Below are positions 1 through 6,891 of a stretch of DNA of 64,000 nt, piece after piece. The stretch lies in the IMG/VR virus record IMGVR_UViG_3300017642_000062; one strand, 5' to 3'. The position numbers were made by a program, and so were the translations under genes. Source of the DNA: an uncultured virus (IMG/VR IMGVR_UViG_3300017642_000062) (taxonomy: Duplodnaviria > Heunggongvirae > Uroviricota > Caudoviricetes). Under the pieces are notes generated by a model, which made no database searches, was not told the DNA's origin, and was given only the letters and a program-made list of their open reading frames with translations. Numbering within the stretch: position 1 is the first letter of the stretch; each line of letters starts with the position of its first letter.

Positions 1-216
1 TTATATTTTTTCCCCATCGGGTAGCGTAAAAACGATTTCCGCATTACAGCCGAGAGCAGCCGCCAGCTCAATGATATCTTTTTCTGTGAAATTTCCACGT
101 GTCATTTTATTTGAAAGATTCTGTCTCGTCTGCCCGGACATTTGAGCAAGATCTCCCATCGTGATTTTCTGCCTGTTCATTATTAGCCGAATTTTTTCAG
201 CAACAGAAAGGTTCAT
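1..216 (-). CDS. XRE-family HTH transcriptional regulator (71 aa)
   Basis: MNLSVAEKIRLIMNRQKITMGDLAQMSGQTRQNLSNKM HTH pattern; G-rich RBS before ATG at 216. Confidence 0.85.
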   Translation of the reverse strand: MNLSVAEKIRLIMNRQKITMGDLAQMSGQTRQNLSNKMTRGNFTEKDIIELAAALGCNAEIVFTLPDGEKI

Positions 217-235
217 CCAATCACCCCCTCCTTGG

Positions 236-334
236 ACTATACACCATAACGTGTCATTTGTCAAAAATATTTTTACACAATCCATTCAAAAGTGTAAAAT
301 ATCTATTGACAAGTGACACGAATTAGTGTAATAT
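236..334. promoter_or_regulatory. Back-to-back sigma-A promoters with palindromic operator-like sites
   Basis: Minus: TTGACA(264-259)-17-TATAGT(241-236). Plus: TTGACA(306-311)-17-TAATAT(329-334). Both spacers contain TGACAC-N6-GTGTA. Confidence 0.8.
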
Positions 335-391
335 AAGCTTGTAAGGCAGAGGAACAAACCTCTTACGAAAGGAAGTGAGGACTTGGACGAG

Positions 392-508
392 ATGACAAGC
401 GCAGAACTCAATCAGTACTTAGAGAACATCGCAAAGCTGATTGAAGCAACGGCTAAAGACCCGGAGGCCGCAGCCAAGATAGTCCGAGAGAGCAAAGTTA
501 AGGCATAA
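392..508 (+). CDS. Small hypothetical protein (38 aa), not in ORF track
   Basis: MTSAELNQYLENIAKLIEATAKDPEAAAKIVRESKVKA; purine-rich RBS upstream; first ORF after promoter. Confidence 0.6.
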   Translation: MTSAELNQYLENIAKLIEATAKDPEAAAKIVRESKVKA

Positions 509-629
509 AAAGTGAGCGGCCGCCCCGCAAAGAACGCCGCTCACACACCCCAAAAGGCGAGCCGGGAGCCTTACCCCGGCCGCCTTGATAATAACAGAGT
601 AAGGCAAAAAAATCAAGGAGGAACACACG

Positions 630-800
630 ATGCTTAACGAAAAGACTGTAACCTTGAAAATGCGGAGAGTTGACCTTTGCGACCTGATGCTTGCGGTAAG
701 TGCAGTTTCTAATTCATCCGATGCAAAAAAATGGGACGATCTGCACGAACTGCTCAAGCGCCAGCTTGAAGCATTTGATGCGAAGCACATTGAAGGGTAA
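630..800 (+). CDS. Hypothetical protein (56 aa), not in ORF track
   Basis: AAGGAGG RBS then MLNEKTVTLKMRRVDLCDLMLAV...KHIEG. Confidence 0.7.
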   Translation: MLNEKTVTLKMRRVDLCDLMLAVSAVSNSSDAKKWDDLHELLKRQLEAFDAKHIEG

Positions 801-815
801 GGGGGTACAAACTAA

Positions 816-1109
816 ATGACAAATAACGAATATGGCATCAGAAAAGCCGAGGTATTGCAGCGAAAATACGGCAAGTACGCAGAAGCTTGGAAGGATGGAA
901 TTGGAGACCGCAGGCTTGTAAGCAACATTCTCGCCCAGATGCTTGGAGCTTGCGAGGCCCTTCGAAGCATTGATGACAATTATAGCCATGTGGCAGTTGT
1001 AAAAGCGATTGACGCCGACCGCGAAATACTTGATGAAATCATCGGATACTTCACCGGGGTCGTACAGCGCAGCGGTGGTTACATTGAAAATCCAGATCCA
1101 ATACTTTGA
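816..1109 (+). CDS. Hypothetical phage protein
   Basis: ORF in tightly packed + strand operon with RBS. Confidence 0.7.
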   Translation: MTNNEYGIRKAEVLQRKYGKYAEAWKDGIGDRRLVSNILAQMLGACEALRSIDDNYSHVAVVKAIDADREILDEIIGYFTGVVQRSGGYIENPDPIL

Positions 1110-1126
1110 AAGAAAGGTGCAAACCA

Positions 1127-1396
1127 ATGACAGAAGTTAAGGCAAAAGAACTGCTGGACCGAGTTGGCTTGGTTCAGGCGCAGCGAAGCAAGATGTGCTG
1201 CCCGCGCTGTGGGAAAGACGAAATGCAGGAAAACCTATACCACAACGCTTACAGCCGACACGCGGAATGCTATATTTGCTCCGCCTGCGGAACTGACGAG
1301 GCCCTGCGGGACTTCGCCAGAGAGCCACTTCCGCTCAGCCAATGGGACTTTGTGAAGATGTTCGACGCACTGTGCGAGGACGGAGGCACTGAATGA
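1127..1396 (+). CDS. Hypothetical Zn-ribbon protein
   Basis: CPRC...ICSAC motifs; AAAGGTG RBS before ATG 1127. Confidence 0.7.
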   Translation: MTEVKAKELLDRVGLVQAQRSKMCCPRCGKDEMQENLYHNAYSRHAECYICSACGTDEALRDFAREPLPLSQWDFVKMFDALCEDGGTE

Positions 1397-1605
1397 GCAA
1401 GCTGGTGCTTAACTTTATCGGGCGGGATTCCTGGTCCCGCCCCGTGTATGAATCCGAAGGCAGGATGTATGTCGACGTAGACCCGCGCAAGAATCGTGCT
1501 CCGGATATCTGCACCAAGCAGGGCAACGCATTTGATGGAGAGCCGAACGCACCGATCCCTAATGATACCGATATTGAGTTTATCCCCAAGCGGGACACAT
1601 GGTAA
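1393..1605 (+). CDS. Hypothetical phage protein
   Basis: GGAGG RBS; start overlaps the end of the previous gene. Confidence 0.7.
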   Translation: MSKLVLNFIGRDSWSRPVYESEGRMYVDVDPRKNRAPDICTKQGNAFDGEPNAPIPNDTDIEFIPKRDTW

Positions 1606-1617
1606 GGAGGTTTCTGC

Positions 1618-1809
1618 ATGAAGGATACTGAAGATCTCAGGGCCCTTAAAATTGCGGCGAGAATCATGCAGGCTGCCGGGCTGTGCCGGTACGAATCGGT
1701 CGAGAGCTGCCACAGGATTTTTGCGGACGATAAGACCTGCGAAAAGTGTATCAGGTCTTGGCTGCTTTCAAAAGCAAGAAAAGAACTCAAAGAGGAGGAA
1801 CGTACATGA
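1618..1809 (+). CDS. Hypothetical Cys-containing protein
   Basis: AAGGAGG RBS; operon context. Confidence 0.65.
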   Translation: MKDTEDLRALKIAARIMQAAGLCRYESVESCHRIFADDKTCEKCIRSWLLSKARKELKEEERT

Positions 1810-2249
1810 TTACAAGAACAAGCGACCACATAGAGGTCGATGGGCACGTTGGAACATGGTACGTCATCGACGATGGACTGTTCGAACTGACGCCTGACGC
1901 TCCGGATGGAGAGCCACAGACTATCCGGGCGCGCCTGTTCCTGCTGGAGCACGAGGAGCATGGGGACGAGGCCGCCTGCGTCATTGTCGCAGAGGATGGA
2001 AAATTAGTTTTGGATGACGTCTGGAACGGTTTTGATGATCTGGATAATGCCGGGTGGGAACGGGTGCAGACGCACAGGTGCGCGCTCTGCGAAAATGAAT
2101 TCCTGCGCGACGACATGACCTTCACGAAGGACTGCCACGGCATCCCCTTCCGCCTTGTTTGCTTTGATTGCTACGACAAGGCTATGGAAAAAGGCTATGA
2201 CGGCGAGCATTACACAGAAGCCGATGAATGCATTGAGGAGGATTATTGA
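1806..2249 (+). CDS. Hypothetical acidic protein with C-terminal Zn finger
   Basis: GGAGGA RBS; CALC...VCFDC; ATGA overlap with previous gene. Confidence 0.7.
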   Translation: MITRTSDHIEVDGHVGTWYVIDDGLFELTPDAPDGEPQTIRARLFLLEHEEHGDEAACVIVAEDGKLVLDDVWNGFDDLDNAGWERVQTHRCALCENEFLRDDMTFTKDCHGIPFRLVCFDCYDKAMEKGYDGEHYTEADECIEEDY

Positions 2250-2593
2250 CCATGAGCAAGGATTGGTCTCCGGAGGAGCTGGCACAGGCCAGCGCCGCCA
2301 TGAAAGCGAACGGCTGCATGAGCTTTGAGGAGATGATCACCGCCGTCGAGATAAACGGGCTGCAGTGCTTTTACTATACCTTCGGCAGCGATGAAAAGTT
2401 CCCGTATCGGAATGGGTGGGTAATTGTCCTGGCTCGTGACTGGCAGGATGCACACCAGAAGTTCAGCGCCCGGCTTCCCGACCGCCGCGAAAACACTCTC
2501 AACTGCGCATTCTTTTACGACGCGGAGAAATGGAGAACGATGGACCAGGAAAACAACTGGCATGGCTGGAAGTGCCACGCGATTATAACGTGA
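2246..2593 (+). CDS. Hypothetical phage protein
   Basis: GGAGGA RBS; last gene of + strand operon. Confidence 0.7.
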   Translation: MTMSKDWSPEELAQASAAMKANGCMSFEEMITAVEINGLQCFYYTFGSDEKFPYRNGWVIVLARDWQDAHQKFSARLPDRRENTLNCAFFYDAEKWRTMDQENNWHGWKCHAIIT

Positions 2594-2723
2594 CGCAAGA
2601 AACGCCCGCCACGCGCCCGTATTTGAGTTGCAACAGCCTTGACCGTCGAAGGGCTGGTAAACTCATGTCCACCGCTCAAAATTCGCTCTACGCCGCTCTC
2701 AGGCGAAAACTCCGCAAAACGCA

Positions 2724-2770
2724 AAAAGACCCCCTCAACAGGATCGTCAAATCCTGCGAGGGGGTCTTTG
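2724..2770. terminator. Probable bidirectional terminator between convergent operons
   Basis: AAAGACCCCCTC...GAGGGGGTCTTT inverted repeat with A/T tails. Confidence 0.7.
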
Positions 2771-3118
2771 TTATATTGCCGGGCTGTCGTCGCTCCCGGC
2801 GTCCTGCATAAATTCTTTTGCCTTGGCGGACTCAAAAGTGATGCCGCCCTCTTTGTGGTCGGATTTCGCCATGTTGAGATAGAAGCTGCAGACGGTGCCA
2901 TGCGCCGCCCATGGCAGACCGACCATTGCGGAAAGCCATGGCAGACCACCTGTGAAGTCCTCGTGAATGCAGTAAGCGGCCAGCAGCAAGCCGCCGACCG
3001 TCACGATCCATAGAAGCGACCGAATATCCGTGGTTACCTGCTTGGAGTGGTCGCTCTCCTTTTTTACCTTCGAGGGGGTGGCCTCCCGCTTCCCGCGCCG
3101 CGAGCCAAACAGCACCAT
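2771..3118 (-). CDS. Two-TM membrane protein of lysis region (holin-like)
   Basis: Two hydrophobic segments; follows endolysin. Confidence 0.6.
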   Translation of the reverse strand: MVLFGSRRGKREATPSKVKKESDHSKQVTTDIRSLLWIVTVGGLLLAAYCIHEDFTGGLPWLSAMVGLPWAAHGTVCSFYLNMAKSDHKEGGITFESAKAKEFMQDAGSDDSPAI

Positions 3119-3119
3119 A

Positions 3120-3959
3120 TCATGCCTTGCCCATCATCTGCGCGAAGCGGTACAGAACGGTTACCAGCTGCTCACGGGTCAGCGTGTCTTCCCACATACA
3201 ATTCGGCTCACCGTTGACGGTGGTGCCGTTGCCGGCAATCAATCCGGAGCTGACCGCCCACGTCCGAGCCTCCTCGCTGTACTGGCTGGAATCATTGTCC
3301 TTCAGCTCGGCGCGCATCTCAGCGTAGAGCTTTTTGAATCCTGCGAGATCCATTTCGTCATCCTCCTCGTTCATTTTTTCCGCGACCTCTCTGCGGAAAT
3401 CATCCATCGTATAGGCCATTCCGAGCCCCCGCCAAAGGTGGTCGGGATCTCCGTGGTTGGTGGCAATGCCTCGGTCATGCCCTTCCTTGTGGCTGATGAT
3501 GACACCATCTGCCAGCGGATTCAGACCATGATATTTGCAGAGCTGGGCGAAAAGCTCCACTGCATTCTGCGTGGTGGCGCGTACAAAGGCGACGGCAGCC
3601 ATCTTGTCCGTTACCGTGAAGCTGGCGCCGCCGGTGTATTTGATGGTGGACGGCTCGCACATCTCTACGCCGATATGCGTATTGTTGGATTCGCCGCCGC
3701 CATGCCAGCCGCGGTGTGCCTTGCCCGGGCCGCTGGTTTTCGTCTGCTCCATGCAGGGCAAGGTGATATAGGCGTCGTCCTTGCCGATGAATCCATGAAC
3801 GCAGGCATTCTTGTAGCTGGACTTATCCCAGTTCTTGATGAACATCAGCGGATTAGGCTGGGAGCATCCGACGCTGTGCAGCATGAGGCCCTTCACGGAA
3901 ATGCTGCGCCCCGCCGTGAAGCAGGGATTGTTCGTCAGATAGCGAGTGATCAGATTCAT
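3120..3959 (-). CDS. Endolysin, N-acetylmuramoyl-L-alanine amidase (Amidase_2) with SLH-like C-terminus
   Basis: LMLHS, GWHGG, IGVEMCE, IISHKE, NHGDP motifs; C-terminal WAVSSGLIAG...TREQLVTVLYR. Confidence 0.9.
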   Translation of the reverse strand: MNLITRYLTNNPCFTAGRSISVKGLMLHSVGCSQPNPLMFIKNWDKSSYKNACVHGFIGKDDAYITLPCMEQTKTSGPGKAHRGWHGGGESNNTHIGVEMCEPSTIKYTGGASFTVTDKMAAVAFVRATTQNAVELFAQLCKYHGLNPLADGVIISHKEGHDRGIATNHGDPDHLWRGLGMAYTMDDFRREVAEKMNEEDDEMDLAGFKKLYAEMRAELKDNDSSQYSEEARTWAVSSGLIAGNGTTVNGEPNCMWEDTLTREQLVTVLYRFAQMMGKA

Positions 3960-4276
3960 TTTGTATCGCTCTCTTTCGAACTCCCCAATTTCTCCAAAAT
4001 TTCACGAAGTTTATCAAACCCAAACATGGCGGCGTATGCAGTCATAATGCCAACCACAACAGCCGCCACGACCATGTACCAAACGAGTGGGATTCCTTTG
4101 ATCTGGATGTATGCGAAGAATGCCAGCAGCGTAACCGTCAGCGAAATGACAACGGCCAGCAGCGACGTTGGGATCTTGTCCCAAGTCAGTTTTTTCACGA
4201 CTTCCGTGATAATGTTTACCACCGCCATCAGAGCGCCGATGATAACCAGCAGGGTTGAAATGTCAAATGCATTCAT
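3956..4276 (-). CDS. Holin (3 TM)
   Basis: Three hydrophobic helices, charged C-tail, directly upstream of endolysin. Confidence 0.8.
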   Translation of the reverse strand: MNAFDISTLLVIIGALMAVVNIITEVVKKLTWDKIPTSLLAVVISLTVTLLAFFAYIQIKGIPLVWYMVVAAVVVGIMTAYAAMFGFDKLREILEKLGSSKESDTK

Positions 4277-4289
4277 ACTGTTTTCCTCC

Positions 4290-4598
4290 TCAATTCAAAT
4301 GGTCTGCGGCTTGCTCGTTCAAAAAATGCAGATACTTTTCCCGTGCGGTTTGGTAGGAGGCAATTCCCTCCTCAACCTCGCCGTTTGCATGGCCACGCTT
4401 GAGCGCCATGGCCGTGGCGTAAGCCAGCTTTGCGGTAGCCATCTGCATATCCAGTGCAAGCAGGCTTTCTTTTTTTCGAGCATTCGCCCTTTCGTCTACC
4501 TCTTTTTCACGCTGCTTCTGGCGCTTGTTGAATATCGCCATGAAGATGCTGACGCAGAGCGACGGAAGGAGCGCAGCCAAAAGCGCTTCAATCGTCAT
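4290..4598 (-). CDS. Membrane-anchored lysis-module protein
   Basis: N-terminal TM followed by helical region; position before holin. Confidence 0.7.
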   Translation of the reverse strand: MTIEALLAALLPSLCVSIFMAIFNKRQKQREKEVDERANARKKESLLALDMQMATAKLAYATAMALKRGHANGEVEEGIASYQTAREKYLHFLNEQAADHLN

Positions 4599-4621
4599 AG
4601 TAACCTCCGAATGTAAAGATT

Positions 4622-4645
4622 GAGAGGGCGGGAAGCCGCCCTCTC
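4622..4645 (-). terminator. GC-rich hairpin between tail-fibre/DGR region and lysis genes
   Basis: GAGAGGGCGG-GAAG-CCGCCCTCTC perfect 10-bp stem. Confidence 0.55.
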
Positions 4646-4652
4646 CAAAGAA

Positions 4653-4769
4653 TCAGACCTTTACTTCCAAGGCCTCCAGGATCTGTTCCACATCCTCACG
4701 AATGAGAGAGGGAACCTGTTCAAGAGTCTTCTTCCCCTTGACGATCAGAGTCGCGTATACAACAGCCAT
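4653..4769 (-). CDS. CD1375-family small protein (copy 2)
   Basis: MAVVYATLIVKGKKTLEQVPSLIREDVEQIL; AAAGGAGG RBS. Confidence 0.8.
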   Translation of the reverse strand: MAVVYATLIVKGKKTLEQVPSLIREDVEQILEALEVKV

Positions 4770-4818
4770 TGTTTGCACCTCCTTTCGCAGAAGAATGGAC
4801 AAAAGAAAGAGCCGAGGA

Positions 4819-4941
4819 CTAAACATTGTCCTCAGCTCCATTCTCTTTCAACAGGGCCTGCACCTTTTCACGCAGGCCGGGAGGCACATCCTCCAGAGTT
4901 TTTAATCCTTTTCGGATCAGCGCAGCATAAACCCTTTCCAT
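4819..4941 (-). CDS. CD1375-family small protein (copy 1, 40 aa), not in ORF track
   Basis: MERVYAALIRKGLKTLEDVPPGLREKVQALLKENGAEDNV; AGGAGTG RBS. Confidence 0.8.
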   Translation of the reverse strand: MERVYAALIRKGLKTLEDVPPGLREKVQALLKENGAEDNV

Positions 4942-4952
4942 AAGCATCACTC

Positions 4953-5366
4953 CTATTTCGTAGTTGAAACACTCAGAACCTGCTCGTACACATCGCATAG
5001 AGCAAGCTGCGTACTGGTTGCCTGGTCCTCCAGATCCGTAACCTTCGTTTTCAAGGATGTGTTCTCCCCTTCAAGCTGTAAAACTCGCTCCTTCAGCGTG
5101 GGGATCGTTTTCTCCTCCGCCTCCTTCAGCTTTGCCTCAGTGAGATAGGCGCTGTAATTGGCGAGGAGATCATCGGTCAGACCCGGAGTATCCGCCAGCT
5201 CCAAATGGTACTCGTCGTACTCATAGCCGCTGACGGTTAGCCCGTTATTCGTTTCGGAAAACGGCGCTACATTTTCAAAAAAACGCGCCAACACAAAGCC
5301 GGGGCGCTTAGGCTGCTCCTCCAGCGTAAAGGCGTTTCCCGGCTGCAAGTCGCCTCTTACTCTCAT
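4953..5366 (-). CDS. Hypothetical protein with C-terminal coiled coil (possible tail-fibre assembly chaperone)
   Basis: AAGGAGG RBS inside RT 3' end; heptad repeat ending QLALCDVYE, followed by CD1375 pair. Confidence 0.7.
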   Translation of the reverse strand: MRVRGDLQPGNAFTLEEQPKRPGFVLARFFENVAPFSETNNGLTVSGYEYDEYHLELADTPGLTDDLLANYSAYLTEAKLKEAEEKTIPTLKERVLQLEGENTSLKTKVTDLEDQATSTQLALCDVYEQVLSVSTTK

Positions 5367-6405
5367 ATCGCACGACCTCCTTCAGATTCTTGATTCCTAT
5401 CGGATCGACATACTTGACCCGAATTTTGTGACTGTTGCAGTTTTTGAGCTGTCCGATTCGGCTTATGAGTCCGGACGCCTGCTTAATTGAAATGGGCTTT
5501 CCGGCGTCCAGGCGCTTTTTCACGCGCCGGCATTGCCGGGTAAATCGCAGAAAATTCCGCTTGCGCAGGATAATGTGCGTCCGTGAAAACCGAAATCCGA
5601 CCGCCGATACCATGCGCTTCGCAACGGGATATATCTGCCAGTTGCTTTTCATTGTCAGCCCGAGCCGCTGGCGCATGAACTGGGCAATGAGCGTCCGGGC
5701 CTTGTGCAGCAGCTTCTTGTTCGGCCCGAAAAGGGTGATGTTGTCCATGTAGCGCGTCATGTACTTCACGCCCGGCAGTGTCATGATGTACTGATCCAGC
5801 GACTCCAAGTAGAAGTTTGCCAGCCATTGGCAGATATAATAGCCGATGGCCAACCCGCCGCCGCAAGACTCCAGTATGGAGTAAATGAGCCGGAGGAAAC
5901 GCTTGTCTTTGATCTTCCGAGCCAGCGCCCAGATAAGCCGTTTGATAGGGATGCTGGGATAGAAGTGCGCCACGTCCAGCTCGGCCGCGTACTTCGTGCC
6001 TTTCTGGTCGTTCTGGAGGATGCGGTTGATATACTTTCTGACGCGCTTCGTTCCACGGCCAGGAATGGATGCGCACGACCATGAGTGCATCCCGCGCATG
6101 AGCACCGACCGCATGGCCGCGACAATCAGCCAGTGCATGATGCCGTCCGGCCAGAATGGGACCATTTTAATCATGCGGTACTTCTGGCTGCTCTCGTCGT
6201 AGATTTGCTTCTCCTTCGGCGGCGTCGGCACAAAGCTCTCCGTGACGATGATCTCATAGGTCTTTTCTACATACTCGTCCAGCTTGGCGAGTACCGGGGC
6301 GACATCGTACCGCCCCGTGCGGTGCTTGGCTGCTTCAAGAATGACCCCGCGAATGAATCCACGGTCTGCCATCCTGTCGTAAAGGAAGCCGACTTTCTTC
6401 GGCAT
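5308..6405 (-). CDS. DGR reverse transcriptase (365 aa)
   Basis: RT motifs SIPGRG, ELDVAHFYPSI, GLAIGYYICQWLANFYL, RYMDN, VGFRF; GGAGG RBS at MPKKVG; adjacent TR/VR. Confidence 0.93.
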   Translation of the reverse strand: MPKKVGFLYDRMADRGFIRGVILEAAKHRTGRYDVAPVLAKLDEYVEKTYEIIVTESFVPTPPKEKQIYDESSQKYRMIKMVPFWPDGIMHWLIVAAMRSVLMRGMHSWSCASIPGRGTKRVRKYINRILQNDQKGTKYAAELDVAHFYPSIPIKRLIWALARKIKDKRFLRLIYSILESCGGGLAIGYYICQWLANFYLESLDQYIMTLPGVKYMTRYMDNITLFGPNKKLLHKARTLIAQFMRQRLGLTMKSNWQIYPVAKRMVSAVGFRFSRTHIILRKRNFLRFTRQCRRVKKRLDAGKPISIKQASGLISRIGQLKNCNSHKIRVKYVDPIGIKNLKEVVRYESKRRLAAGKRLYAGGAA

Positions 6406-6710
6406 GGTTGGACCTCCCGTCCTTGTTTGCCTGCGGTGCCTTTCGAGAATTGACCTACTAAGCTCCGTCCTTACCGGCAATATTTTCACCGAGCGGTGAG
6501 GAAAAGCCTGCGCGATGGAAGTCTAAAAAAACAAGTAGCCGCGCCCCGATGTTGCTGTTCGCGTTGCTCGAAGAGTTGTTCGCGTTGAAGTAAAACAGAC
6601 CGGCATTCGAGCCGTTACCGTAGTTACCGCCCACCATGAGCACCCGCCAGCCGGTGTTCGAGTTGACGGGGATAGCAAAACCCAGGCGCATTGCGCAGAC
6701 AGTCCCGCTC
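6406..6710 (-). ncRNA. Putative DGR RNA (leader + TR + structured spacer)
   Basis: TATAAT at 6719-6714; leader GUCUGCGC (6700-6693) can pair with spacer GCGCAGGC (6513-6506); hairpin UCACCG-CU-CGGUGA in spacer. Confidence 0.6.
6533..6669 (-). repeat. DGR template repeat (TR)
   Basis: 137-bp near-copy of 6904-7040; 11 AAY codons; all 9 mismatches are at TR adenines on the coding strand. Confidence 0.97.
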
Positions 6711-6713
6711 ATG

Positions 6714-6740
6714 ATTATACTGCCAGAAAGCGGGGCGCAA
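6714..6740 (-). promoter_or_regulatory. Promoter for TR-RT transcript
   Basis: Perfect TATAAT ~45 nt upstream of TR; weak -35 (TTGCGC at 15 bp); AT-rich upstream tract. Confidence 0.55.
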
Positions 6741-6864
6741 GGAAATTCGGAAGAAAATAACGAAATACGTTATTTTTGAAATTTGCGCGACCGCGCTTCG
6801 CGCGGTAGAGATAAACGGCTTCTGGTCTGCGCCATCATCGCGAACTGGTGCAGATATGAAAGCT

Positions 6865-6884
6865 CCGGGGGCTGCGGCCCCCGG
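6865..6884 (-). promoter_or_regulatory. DGR homing hairpin/cruciform downstream of VR
   Basis: CCGGGGGC-4 nt-GCCCCCGG, 7 nt after target stop codon. Confidence 0.8.
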
Positions 6885-6891
6885 TCCCCCA

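Noticed and set aside
3030..4616. 528-aa + strand ORF
   Set aside because: Antisense shadow of the lysis genes
4953..5366. Calling this ORF Avd
   Set aside because: Acidic with beta-type N-half and coiled coil, unlike the basic four-helix Avd; wrong position
5308..6489. RT as group II intron or retron; upstream start at 6489
   Set aside because: TR/VR pair with A-specific changes defines a DGR; no maturase/endonuclease domain; RBS supports start at 6405
6458..6712. 84-aa ORF matching the tail-fibre C-terminus
   Set aside because: It is the open frame of the TR (Asn-rich); no RBS; DGR TRs act as RNA
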